DNA of 32,098 nt from Nemertoderma westbladi (Eukaryota; Animalia; Xenacoelomorpha). The translations under genes and the position numbers were made by a program. The notes beneath the pieces are model-generated. The model had not been told where the DNA came from. It worked only from the letters and a program-made list of their open reading frames with translations, and searched no databases. Every line of letters starts with the position of its first letter. Positions within the stretch are counted from its first letter, which is position 1. The stretch spans positions 1 to 32,098 of the forward strand of contig JAUCBJ010007466.1 in the NCBI GenBank assembly GCA_032718475.1, read 5' to 3'. Shown piece by piece: positions 21,261 through 31,830 of the stretch.

Positions 21261-22244
21261 CGTATTACGGCTTGAACCGCTCCTTCCAGGTTGATGTTTG
21301 GTTTCCTTTTGGCATCCTTGCCAATTCCCCTAAGGAAATCCCCTTAGGCCCTCTTATACGCTACCAACTTCTTGGTATTATACCAGCTGGAGCTGTAACT
21401 GAGCAGCCTATCCGTCGGGTTGTCGCATGGTTCTTCTGATTTTGGTGGCACCTTCTTGATCTCCCTCACCATCTGGCTGTATATATCTTCCCCTTCTGAA
21501 TCTTCCCCCACTTCTTCTGGTACTACTTCCTCTGAGCCTGGGTCCACCTTCCTCATTGGTGGCCAGGCTGATCTATCATTCAGGAAGAGTTGCCCGTGCT
21601 GCCACAACACTTCCTTCTTCAAGAAAGTGTGACGTGCCACGCCCCTCGATAATAAATCTGCTGGGTTGTCGTTGGTAGGGCAGTAATGCTACCTATCTAG
21701 GTCGGTCGTCGCCCTTATCTCGTCTACCCTATTCGCGACGAATATAGGGTATCTCATCTTCTCGTTATGTAGCCACCCTAGCACTACCATGGAGTCCATC
21801 CAGTAGTGTGTCTCCACTATGTTGGGTATAGTGTCCATCAAGTAGGCTGTGGCCCTTACTCCTAACCTCGCAGCTGTCAACTCGAGTTTCGGGACTGACG
21901 CTGAATCTGGTGGTGTCGACTTCGCTTTACTAAATGCAAGTCTGGGCTTGTGAGCCCCCTTTCGCTGTACCAGATAAATTGCCGCTCCGTATGCTTCCAA
22001 AGATGCATCAGAGAACATGTGTAGGTCCAGGTCCGTCATGTCCCCGTCCGGGAAATACACGCGTGGCATGCTGTACGTCCCCATCTGTTCTAAACTTCCC
22101 GTCCACTTATTCCACTCTTTGCTTACTTCTTCCGGGACCTCCATATCCCACTCGTCCTTCAATTTGTATACTTTCTTTGGTATCTGCTTCCCCATGACTA
22201 ACAATGGGGATGCTAGGCCTAAGGGATCGTATATCCTTGCTATG
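21261..22244 (-). pseudogene. pol: Pao pol of B: RT-RNase H connection, RNase H (Peptidase_A17 family region) and downstream segment
   Basis: IARIYDPLGLASP; LHMFSDASLEAYGAAIY; SVPKLELTAA; WMDSMVVLGW; FVANRVDEI; HYCPTNDNPADLLSRG; SSWYNTKKLVAY. Contains premature stops. Confidence 0.92.
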
Positions 22245-23745
22245 TAGTATACATAGCCCCTCTTCGTGTGGATCTCTGCGCCCTCATGGCTTAGTTGATA
22301 GTTTAAAGCTCATCTATCCCATCATAGTAGACATGTACCGTACAACAAGAGTCCCACAAGAAATGAAAACAAATAAGTTGGTGCCAGTTCCCAAGAAGGG
22401 CAACCTAACACTCTATGGTTCTTTTCAGGGAATCTCATTGATCTCGATTGCTGCAAAACTATACAATAGAATTCTATTAAATCGCATCAGGGATCCCATT
22501 GAGAGACTGCTACGTGGAAATCAGAATGGGTTCCGTAAAGGTCGTGGGACCATGGAGCCCATTTTGGCACTTAGAAGGATAATTGAAGAGTTATCAAAAA
22601 AGAAAGACAGGCATCTGGCTGTTATCTTTGTTGACTTCTTCAAGGCCTTTGATTCAGTCTCTCGCTCACGTATGTTCAGCATACTTTCATTATATGGGAT
22701 TCCTGATGAAATTATTGCAGCAATCAGATCAGTATACGATGGTTCGACAACATTTATGTCTACTGTTGACGGTGACACAGAACCATTTGAAGTGTTATGG
22801 GGCGTCCTCCAAGGAGACACACTTGCACCATTCTTGTTCATTATTGTGGTTGACTATGTTCTACGCATGTCCTTAGATCATCATAATGATGATGGGGTGA
22901 TGATAACTCCACCTACTGGCTCCAGAAGTCGAGGAAATCCTGCCAAGTACCTAACTGATCTAGACTTTGCTGATGACTTAGGAGTACTCTCAGAATCATT
23001 AGAGGGAGCCCAACGGCTCCTCAGCTCATTAGAACATGCTGCTTCTAGTGTTGGTCTTTTTATTAACTCCAGAAAGACCAAAATTCTGACAGTTAACTTT
23101 CAAAGTCCTCAGCAAGTCTCTGATCGAATGAGCATAAGCTCAAAGGATGGTATGCTTGAGCATGTGGACGACTTCTGTTACCTGGGATCATGGATCCGGA
23201 AGTCAGGTGAGGACCTTCGAATACGTAAGGGAAAGGCATGGGCAGCCTTGAATAGTCTTTCCAGGATTTGGAAGTCACCTAGAATTAATCGGAAACTTAA
23301 GGTCCGATTATTTAGAGCAGCAGTAGTTCCAGTACTCCTCTACGGGAGTCCATGCTGGGCTCTAACTGCTGAGGACACCAAATCTCTGGATGGCACATTC
23401 ACAAGAATGCTACGCCGGGTACATTGTGTCAAGTACAATGCACACATCTCCAACCAGACACTATATGACATTGGAGGTGTCTCATTGGTTCCCCCAAGCT
23501 TGACACTAGAACAAAATCGCCTCCGCTTTGCAGGACATTGCTTTCGCCGTGAGCACCAGCCAGTGCATAATCTTGTACTTTGGCAGCCACATGGAGTGAA
23601 TAAGCATGGTGGACAGCCCATGACTTTCTTGAGACGCATCTTAAAGGACACTGGCCTTAAAGATGCGGATGATCTAGCAAATGTCATGGGTGATAGGGAG
23701 TTGTGGCGGTGCAATTTTGTTGACAAGCCGGCACAGCATTCTTAA
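22204..23745 (+). CDS. LINE reverse transcriptase (RTE-like), no endonuclease; first ~14 codons come from the antisense strand of B pol
   Basis: PVPKKG; GISLISIAAKLYNRIL; QNGFRKGR; FVDFFKAFDSV; GVLQGDTLAPFLF; DFADD; FCYLGS; LRFAGHCFR; DRELWR. 513 aa with no stop. Confidence 0.9.
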   Translation: MGMLGLRDRISLLCSIHSPSSCGSLRPHGLVDSLKLIYPIIVDMYRTTRVPQEMKTNKLVPVPKKGNLTLYGSFQGISLISIAAKLYNRILLNRIRDPIERLLRGNQNGFRKGRGTMEPILALRRIIEELSKKKDRHLAVIFVDFFKAFDSVSRSRMFSILSLYGIPDEIIAAIRSVYDGSTTFMSTVDGDTEPFEVLWGVLQGDTLAPFLFIIVVDYVLRMSLDHHNDDGVMITPPTGSRSRGNPAKYLTDLDFADDLGVLSESLEGAQRLLSSLEHAASSVGLFINSRKTKILTVNFQSPQQVSDRMSISSKDGMLEHVDDFCYLGSWIRKSGEDLRIRKGKAWAALNSLSRIWKSPRINRKLKVRLFRAAVVPVLLYGSPCWALTAEDTKSLDGTFTRMLRRVHCVKYNAHISNQTLYDIGGVSLVPPSLTLEQNRLRFAGHCFRREHQPVHNLVLWQPHGVNKHGGQPMTFLRRILKDTGLKDADDLANVMGDRELWRCNFVDKPAQHS

Positions 23746-23787
23746 AAATGCAGCTGCAATGCAGCATGCCGATCCTAGTAGTAGTAG
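22245..23787 (+). mobile_element. 5'-truncated RTE-type non-LTR retrotransposon (LINE)
   Basis: RT ORF, ~30-bp 3' UTR and (TAG)4 tail. Removing it rejoins B pol (minus strand ...SIIARIYDPLG). At most a 2-bp TG duplication. Confidence 0.9.
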
Positions 23788-24389
23788 TGATACTCCAACT
23801 CATCCGTCTCCCGGTTCCACACGATCCCCAGCGCCTTCTGCTGAGACTCCACTCTCTTGTTCGCCATGTCCTTTCCCTTGGCTGTTGTTGGGTTGTCCAT
23901 GGTTCACTCTGGCCGCCTATCTTCTATGGCTCTCATGAACTCCTCTAAGCTGGACTGGAACTTAGTCAGGTTGAATCGGGATCCTTTCAGGATGTCGCGA
24001 ACTTCGCGCCCTGTCTCCAGTATTTCTTCAACCTTATTTCCAGATTCCATCCCATCGTCTACATAGAATCCGCGTTGAATCATGTCGATCGCTTTGGCAC
24101 TATACTTTCCCTCTTTCCCCTCTACCGTATCTCTTACATCCATAGTCGTCGTAAATGAGGACGACTTGGCCCCCATGTTCTGCACCACCATTTTGTACAT
24201 TGGTATCGCCGATGGTTCCTCGTCGCCGTTGTACCATAGGAAGCGCTGGCTGTCACTGTCCTCCTCTGTCACATGGACTTGGTTGAACATGCCTTCAATG
24301 TCGCATGTGAAGGCATGTTTCCCATTCCTAAATCTCAACAAGACCTCTATCCCCGAGTTGTAGATATTGGGGCTATTGAAGAGATACCA
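23788..24389 (-). pseudogene. pol: Pao reverse transcriptase fragment of B
   Basis: SPNIYNSGIEVLLRFR; CDIEGMFNQV; QRFLW; MGAKSS; FYVDD; FNLTKFQSS. Confidence 0.92.
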
Positions 24390-25890
24390 TATTCCTACTA
24401 TATGGAAGAGACAGTAACAATACCTGCAATATCCTACTGTAAAGTTTGTAAATCAAATCATAAATCCGACCTTCTCACCAAAACAGTAAACTCTAAGTAA
24501 GCGAATATATTGCAGTATTGATCTCTTATAACCGGTGAGGCAGAAAACAGTCTACGAGCAGACAAACTTCGATGAAACAAAATCCCGCGCAGCGAATCCT
24601 AAAATCAGGCTGACTCACTGACGGACTAAGAGGCTCGTACACTTTGCCGCGGTGTGATTTATATGGTTGGGCGAAAGAGACGCTAGCTAGGTACAGAGGC
24701 AGATATTTGGAGATGTCTAACTAGCGGGCAAAACACAGTACGGACAAAAGTTAATTTTATATATTTTGAGGTGTAAATAATTTCTAACGCGCGTGTTAAT
24801 TCTGAACGGTCAAAAACAGTTTTGCTCCTTCACATATATAATTACTGGGTACGGTGTGCATTTTACGAATATTCTAGTTTTGCAACTTGTAGGTCCAATA
24901 CTCACGAATGATAAGGTTCCTTCCCCTCTTGCGTATTTCCAGGACTCAAATTCAGGCATAAGGTTAATACTACGCCCAGAATTCGGCAATTTTAGGTACC
25001 AGGTCCCTGATACTAAGAAGAGATGTGTTAGTTTACTACTGTAGGCGTACAGTTACTAATAGCTATCCTGGCTCTTATCTAGAATTTTAGTCACCCAGGT
25101 AGTCCGGGTAACTTCCTATTAGGGCGTTGGCGGGGACACGGTAGATGTTAGTATCCCTAATAGCCTCGATTTATTTGCGCCTAGCTGTAAACTGCCCTAC
25201 CGCCTGAACGATACAATCCCAATTCAGGTGAAAACACAGCAACCCTCCTAGCCTACAAGTTCTAATGCAATGGACACTGTCGTACTACAAATAGTCGCAC
25301 ACACACCTGTACTTAGCAAGAGTTAGGCGTACAGTTTGCTGCACCCTACCAATTTGTATGCTTCGTACCGGTGTGCCTACGTCCTATCTGCGTACTAGTA
25401 TCTGCCTGCTCTCTCTCCCTCCCCGTAGGAATATGAAGGTCTACTGTGGGTTTTTTCCTGAATCAAGACAGTACAGTCCCTAAGATGTAATTTTAGGCTC
25501 ACAGCGTGCCACTACTTCTACCTTATGATCTTTTGGTCTTATACTTAGGTAGCAAGGCGTCGAACGCTGTCTAACCTTTCAGGCGATGGGCGAATAACTC
25601 AAGATGGTATTGCGGGTTGTCTCTCGTCTACATTCCTGTGATGTTCCCGTTCATTGCTGCGGCCCGATCTCTAGCTGGCCATCCTGTCCCTTAGGTTTGT
25701 TCACCGTAGTGAATCATGGTAAAACAGATAGAAAAGGCAGATTAGCGATAATTCTAACTTTATTACAGAAGATATAATTATAATACAATGTAATCTGAAA
25801 TAAACTAAGCACGACAGAATATTGATAAGATAATCTGAGAAGTAGTATAGATTGAGATATAAGATAGATAACTAATGAACAAATCGCACC

Positions 25891-26037
25891 TTTATATAGC
25901 AAATTTGTGCCGCAATCAATCGAGAAAATTCTCGATTGTTCTATAGGTTCTAACAGGGTTTTAAAGATAGCTATTGGTCCAGCTAATATATAACTTGCAC
26001 GACATTGGTTACAATCAAATAACTACAGTCTCATTGG
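25891..26037 (-). promoter_or_regulatory. LTR C promoter: three CCAAT boxes ~30 bp apart plus a TATA box
   Basis: Plus-strand ATTGG at 25973, 26004 and 26033; minus-strand TATATAAA at 25898-25891. Confidence 0.7.
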
Positions 26038-26105
26038 TACAGACAAATGCAATTAATTTGTAGCGGTTAATTTAAATGAGTTGAAATTCTGCACAAAAAA
26101 TAATT

Positions 26106-26181
26106 CGCACTTACTAGGATTCGAACTCAATACCTACTACACATATAATTTCCAACGCTCTACCGACTGAGCTACTGAACC
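26106..26181 (-). other. tRNA-like sequence (Pol III A and B boxes) inside the U3 of LTR C
   Basis: Minus strand GGTTCAGTAGCTCAGTCGGTAGAGC...GAGTTCGAATCC. Perfect D arm (GCTC/GAGC); no acceptor or anticodon stem. Confidence 0.65.
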
Positions 26182-26549
26182 ACTTGACCGATAGGTGTAC
26201 AATAGATATAACAAATACAAATGAGGATTCAAAGCAATCTTTTACAAAGTTAATTCGAATAAAATAAAATTTTGAAAATCCATGGCATTTAGGGAATATA
26301 ATTCTATACCGCTCCATGAAAACAGGATATTATCGTGCATAAAATATACGGTTTTCACCAATAATCAATCAAACTATAGAGTACTTAGGGCGTACTTACA
26401 TATTTACAATTAAATTTCAAATAATACTTCCTTTCTACGTAATGATTCGATACAAAAATAATTACAAATTCAAACTTTACGTATTTAAGGCTTTACTAAG
26501 TAAGTACAATATAAATCTAAATTAAATTCACCAATATAAATCTATTGCA

Positions 26550-27060
26550 TCTCAAATATTGCATAAATTCAAATAATTACAAATACTTTCGTACCTAAAT
26601 GTAGATTGCATAAGTTTGGAATAATTACAAATATGAGTCTTTCTAAGCACAAACTTTCTGACTATAAAACTTTCTAAATACAAAATATAACAATTTACAA
26701 ATAAAACTATAAGAAAGGCCCACGAGTCTTCCATCTACTCTTACTTTCTGTTTCACTGTAAATACTGCCTATAAAATGTAAATTGCATAATATTCGGAAC
26801 AATATAAATTGCATAAGTTCGGAATAATATAAATCGCATAAGTTCGGAATAATCACAAATATAAAATATAAATTCTTACTAAATATAAATCTTTACTAAA
26901 TATAAATATAAACTGCATAAGTTTAGAATAATATAAACTGCTTTGCATCTCAAATATGAAACATAAATCTTTCAAATATAAGTTCCTTCTAAATATAAAC
27001 TCTCTAAATTTCATAAATTCGGAACAATACAAATTGCTTAAGTTCGGAATAAACACAAAT
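26550..27060. repeat. AT-rich degenerate repeat array in the 3' UTR of C
   Basis: At least 7 variants of ATTGCATAAGTTCGGAATAAT. Confidence 0.75.
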
Positions 27061-27135
27061 ATAAATATAAATTCAAATAAATCACAAATTCACAAGAAAG
27101 GCTCACGAGTCTTCCGTCCACCCTTGCCCTCCCTT

Positions 27136-28944
27136 TTATCGCTTAGTGGATCGAGCCCTGCCGCGTCCTCGAAAACTGCGCACAGGTGACTTTGCTCGCG
27201 ATATGGGACTAATGGGGCGAGTCACTGGTTTACTTGGGACGTTGAGAGACGGTGCGACTATTTCCTCGCAAATTCGTCTATTTGGCATCCCAAAACCTCG
27301 ACCGATTCCTCGTGACCGATTAGTTGTCACTACAGTTGGTAGAACGTCTGGGAACGCGCGAGAAGCGGACGACGCAGACCCAAGAGTAGCTTGCGCCCCC
27401 TTTTGATCAGCTGGTGTATGTCCCGATCCTCCTATTGGTTCTCTAGGAAGCGATACCGTATCCCGAGTAATTCGAATAGTCGGCTCAACTCCCTTGCGTT
27501 CTTCTATATTAATAATTTTCTTTAATTGTTGGCCCACTTTCTGGACCCGTATGATCCTACCCTGTCCGTCCTCGAGGGTGACGTGCAGACGGCGCAACCG
27601 GAGTGGCTGGTTTATTTGTCGCCTCTAGGACCTCCTCTTCCTCGAATACGCTCGCTCGTATACGTTTATGGTAAAACGCGGCTCGGTACGCCCATGCGAC
27701 GGTTAACCAAGCTCCTTTGTTCCGCTTTTCAGTTCGGAAACGATCGAATTCACCATACGTAATGCGATTAACGACTTTCTGAAAATTCCACGTGTTTTTG
27801 TTATCCGGGTGAATCTGTAGTAGATACTCGCGCACTACTCGGAATCCGCTGTCGTGGGGCAAAATATCGACAACCTCGATAAGTTCGTCATATTGGGGCA
27901 TAGCGGAGATGTATCCTTCCGACATCATCGTCTCAGGATTTACCGCCCAAAATCCGAGATGCGCTCTCATCGGAAACCGTCTTCTTTGTGCCGATACACA
28001 TTCGTCGGCTAAATCTTCCCACTCATCAAATAACTTCCTCACGAGTTTTACAGATTCGTGTTCATAAGGTATGTCTCTTAGTTGGCATTCAGATGCTCGA
28101 TGTCCTTTTATATTGCAGTAAGTACATTGAGCCATAAATCTCCAGCAAGTATAAAAGGTATGAGACCCTTGATCCCCACACCATCCACAGATTAGCTGAG
28201 TCGTAGTAATGTGCTTTCCACTGCACTTTGTCATATGATGTCCAGCGACGCCACATTTACTACACATCGTATTGGCAGGGTACCACACTCGTTCGTATAT
28301 AAGATCTCCAATCGGTCGAGCGCTTCCTCCCATACTATAATCGTAATCATCTGGGTCTATGGGTTGGTAGGTTTCTGAAGGTTGTATGCAAACTATAGCA
28401 TCTGTTGCTTCAAGTTGTCGAATCTCCGTCTGAGATTTCTTCGGGAGGTTCCTTTCTATCTCAAGAAGTTCTTCTAAAGGATCGTCAGTGATCGTAGTAG
28501 TTACTTCGAAATCATCACCAAGGTGACCGATAGGCGCGTGCGTCTGCCGTGATTCATCCATAATCTCCACGATACGTTCTCCTTCATAGGGTAACAATGT
28601 AAACATAGATGGTCTTTCGATAAGAGATCCCGCACAGCGAAGATACACGTCTCGAAATATGCTAAATCCTGCTCGAGTAAAGGCATTGCTGTCTTTGCGA
28701 GCTTCGCTGTACTTTCTGATAATTCCTTTATACCAAATATAGTGTAGTCTTTTGCTCCAAATCGTTCGAATGAAGCTGCCGCCTCCTCTTGGATATCATA
28801 TCCCCATCTCGGCTCTCCTTGTATCCCTTTTTTCATAATTAGAGGTGTAGTTACATAATCATTACTACTAGAGGGAATACAACAGAGTTTATTGTTAGTT
28901 GTGAGGAGACGTGAGAGTTTTCGTCTGCCCTTTTGGCTCGACAA
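27136..28944 (-). pseudogene. Accessory 3' ORF of C (frameshifted): triple CCHC-type knuckle, unnamed motif and basic tail
   Basis: Overlapping ORFs 28501-28944, 27557-28648 and 27136-27597. CSKCGVAGHHMTKC, CGWCGDQGSHTFYTC and CTYCNIKGHRASEC, then EDLAD...QRRR...LGFW. Confidence 0.75.
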
Positions 28945-29498
28945 CGCTCTAACCTCCTACCCATAGCCTAAGATCTAGGGTTTCTTTAATGACACGCTGC
29001 TTCTTATCTAAAATTTTTTGCCGAAATAAAAACGAATTTGGGCTAAACTGGCTGTGAGTCTAAAATACTCACTTTTTGATCCCAAACTATTATCAGAAAA
29101 TAAGCAGTCAAGAATTAGTAATAAATATAGGGGAGTTTATTTATTGACGTAACTTATTGAAACAAGACCGTGTAAAATTTAATTAAAATTTTAAGAAAGG
29201 CTCGCAAGTCTTCCTCTCTTGTTTCTCTAATTTTAAGTTCCACCCGACTGTACCCTGAAATCTATTCACTGGAGAAAATTTTAAAAAATTTTCAAATCCA
29301 AATGGATTGTCTAAATTTTCGAAAATGTCTCAATATTGTGAGTTCCAAGTAGAATTCCATTTCTTATACCTACAAATCCCGCTCCTATGTGACACATAAG
29401 GGTACCACCCTCAATGTTCACATATAAAGACAATGGAATTCTACCGCTGTCCTTACTACGGTGTACAGGTACGTGGAAATCTATTTGTAAACTCCTAA

Positions 29499-30557
29499 TT
29501 ATTTACTAGTATTAGGTGGAGATTTGTAGTCTCCAGACTCGTTACGAGTCTCTTCAAGAAGTACGAGACGTTGAGTCGGTCTGTCAACTGTACGACCGTC
29601 AATTGTCCGTACCGTCACAGTTCTTGTCACTCCATCCATAGATGGATGTGTGGCTAAAATTACACCTGTTATCCAGAAGCGTCTTTTTAGATTCACTTCC
29701 GCTAACAGCACGTGATCTCCCGGCTTTAATGCGCGGGTGTTATTATACCAAATTGTTCTGGCAGAAATAGAGGGCAAATAATGGTTTTGCCATATTTCCC
29801 AGAATTTGTTAGCTAGTAGTTGCGTGATTTTCCACGCTTTTCTACCGTAGCTATCGCTTTCTATTGGAATAGAAATAGGCATCAAAGTGGTCGGTGCCTG
29901 CATAAGCAGGTGCGCCGGTGTCAAAGCAAACTGAGATTGTTTGTCATCGGGTACTAATACTATTGGTCTAGTATTTAGTATTGCCTCGATTTCAACAAAC
30001 AGTGTTGTCAGTTGGTCGTCTGTCAATATGTGGTTTACTGGAATGACCTTTGCCATGGCTGTCTTTATAGATCTAATCAATCTCTCCCAGACTCCGCCTC
30101 TCCAAGGACTATCTGGAGGATTAAACTTCCAAACAATCTTGTGAGGTTGTAGTTCGTTCGAGATTTGATCATGATCTAACTTCTTAAAGGCTCTAGCAAT
30201 CTCATTTCGAGCACCAACAAAGTTTGTCCCTTGGTCTGAGTACAAGCATTTTACTAGTCCGCGTCTAGCGATAAATCGCCGCAATGCTAGTATAAACGCG
30301 TTGGTGGAAAGATCCATCACACGTTCAATATGAACTGCCCTACTGGACATACATGCGAAAATCAGTCCCCAGCGTTTTACTAGTATACGTCCACGTTTCG
30401 TATGTATGGGACCAAAGCAATCAATTCCAGTCTCTGTAAAAGGTGGTCTGAATGCTTGAAGTCGTGCTTGTGGTAGTTCACTCATTTCTTGGGTACCTAT
30501 TCTAGAATGTACCTTTTTACAAATAATACACGTACGTGTCACTGAACTTAACGCTTT
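29499..30557 (-). CDS. pol: Pao integrase (zinc finger C-terminal half, DDE core, DUF5641-like C-terminus), 5' part displaced by D
   Basis: CIICKK; MSELPQARL; GIDCFGP; SRAVHIE; FIARRG; SDQGTNFVGA; PWRGGVWERLI; LNTRP; LTPAHLL; FWEIWQNHYL; DGVTRTVTV; RPTQRLVLL. The first ~15 aa of the listed ORF are antisense LTR D. Confidence 0.95.
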   Translation of the reverse strand, partial: KALSSVTRTCIICKKVHSRIGTQEMSELPQARLQAFRPPFTETGIDCFGPIHTKRGRILVKRWGLIFACMSSRAVHIERVMDLSTNAFILALRRFIARRGLVKCLYSDQGTNFVGARNEIARAFKKLDHDQISNELQPHKIVWKFNPPDSPWRGGVWERLIRSIKTAMAKVIPVNHILTDDQLTTLFVEIEAILNTRPIVLVPDDKQSQFALTPAHLLMQAPTTLMPISIPIESDSYGRKAWKITQLLANKFWEIWQNHYLPSISARTIWYNNTRALKPGDHVLLAEVNLKRRFWITGVILATHPSMDGVTRTVTVRTIDGRTVDRPTQRLVLLEETRNESGDYKSPPNTSK

Positions 30558-31819
30558 TGTAAAAGCTTCTGTGGGATATAACTGGCCCCTTTTGCTTCGC
30601 AATCCAGTTTCCCCCCAGGCGCTGGAATACTCTAAAAAGGTTCTCTAACTGTATATATATTCCCCTCGCCCGCAAGGTACCGTTACAGGTGTTTTAACGG
30701 ACATAAAAGTCATTCTGCTATATACGTGTTTTGGCGGACATGGTAAGGCAAAAAACCTGTAATGCACCAACTACCTTTCACAGCTTAGCCGTGATGATTC
30801 ATATTACGACATCTAACAGCTGGTTGCTGACATGGAAACATCCATTGGACGCATAGTTCTTTGTTTGGCTTGAGCCAATCAGAGCGATTTTTCCTGTCGA
30901 CGTGTAGCTTTTCAGCCGATCATAAGGAGAGTGTTCAGTCTTACTGTTTTTTCTTGATACTTTGTTGTTATTGCTGTCTAAGCCAGAAACACCGGCTTTT
31001 TGGGAAGAACTCTAGTAAACTGCTTAAATTATCGAGAGTATAAACTGTTACCTAACTAACGAACCTAACTTAAATCACTCAATAACTCACTGATTAACGT
31101 ACTCACTTAATTTAATTGCATTAATCATATTGTCTGTACTGTTATTTTACCGTCAGTTATTAATTGTACCTATTTGTTGATGGAAATATTGCTCTTTGGA
31201 TAATACGGATAAATCACCCAAATTCCCAATTTTCTTGATACACTACAGGTTAGAGAGACCGGCTATACATAACAATTGCGATTTATATTAATGTGGTGTG
31301 TATTGAATCCAATGTTATTTAGCAGACCCTACGTGAGTCAATCGCTGCTCTCTTTATGTGTGATCAAATATACTGACGGTCGGCAGAATAGTGTGTATGA
31401 TTGTGATTGGTAACAAAGTATTTCCTAAAGAATACGCTTTATACTTCAATCATAAGCAGTAACGTTGCGTTTTAGTATAAGTCTTAGTTCTGTTTAAATA
31501 GATAAAGTGCCACGTCCTAAAGGAACTGTTAATATTTCCCGAAAGCCAATAATATCTGTCAGAGATTAATTATTAACGATCTATCGAATAATACAGTAGG
31601 TATACACTGCAACCTTACACTGCAATAATAAAATTTAAGCATCCGAATTCAGTCTCCCGGGTGTAGATCCATCGGGTGAATGATCGCGCATGGGCTGATT
31701 TCGGCTAGTGTTTTGCGTATTAGCATAAATATTGTCGTATGCTAAAGTGGTTTTAATTAACTAAAAGACATATAAATTTTGGCAGGTTAAACTGCTAAAG
31801 GTCTTCAAAAGCGCGAACA
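30558..31819 (+). repeat. 5' LTR of element D
   Basis: TGTAAAAGCTT...GCGCGAACA, the same termini as 13740-14492. 5' flank is GCTTT. Confidence 0.88.
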
Positions 31820-31830
31820 GTAACAGTTTA
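31820..31830 (+). promoter_or_regulatory. Non-tRNA primer-binding site of element D (GTAACAGTTTA)
   Basis: Immediately follows the LTR CA and is the exact reverse complement of 31041-31051 (TAAACTGTTAC). Confidence 0.7.

Larger units (their letters stand above)
17903..24389 (-). mobile_element. BEL/Pao LTR retrotransposon B (3' part; integrase deleted; interrupted by the LINE; truncated by C)
   Basis: Minus-strand Pao RT, RNase H and post-RNase H motifs, an accessory ORF, a purine tract and an LTR-like terminus. Confidence 0.85.
24390..26308 (-). repeat. Putative ~1.9-kb 3' LTR of element C
   Basis: Bounded by GGAGCGG (26315-26309, same core as A's tract) and by the B RT junction. Contains three CCAAT boxes and TATATAAA. 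Only one copy is in the window. Confidence 0.55.
24390..30557 (-). mobile_element. BEL/Pao LTR retrotransposon C (3' part), inserted in the RT of B and truncated by D
   Basis: Pao integrase, accessory zinc-knuckle ORF, AT-rich 3' UTR, GGAGCGG tract and a promoter-bearing LTR-like block ending where B's RT resumes. Confidence 0.8.

Noticed and set aside
19334-21632. Multiple plus-strand ORFs opposite B
   Set aside because: Antisense shadows of the purine-rich minus-strand coding sequence.
24381-24389. Minus-strand TGGTATC after LTR C as a tRNA-Met PBS
   Set aside because: It reads in frame as B's RT (W-Y-L-F-N-S-P-N), follows a 3' LTR, and the match stops after 7 nt.
26106-26181. Functional tRNA gene
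   Set aside because: Acceptor and anticodon stems do not pair; kept only as a tRNA-like element.
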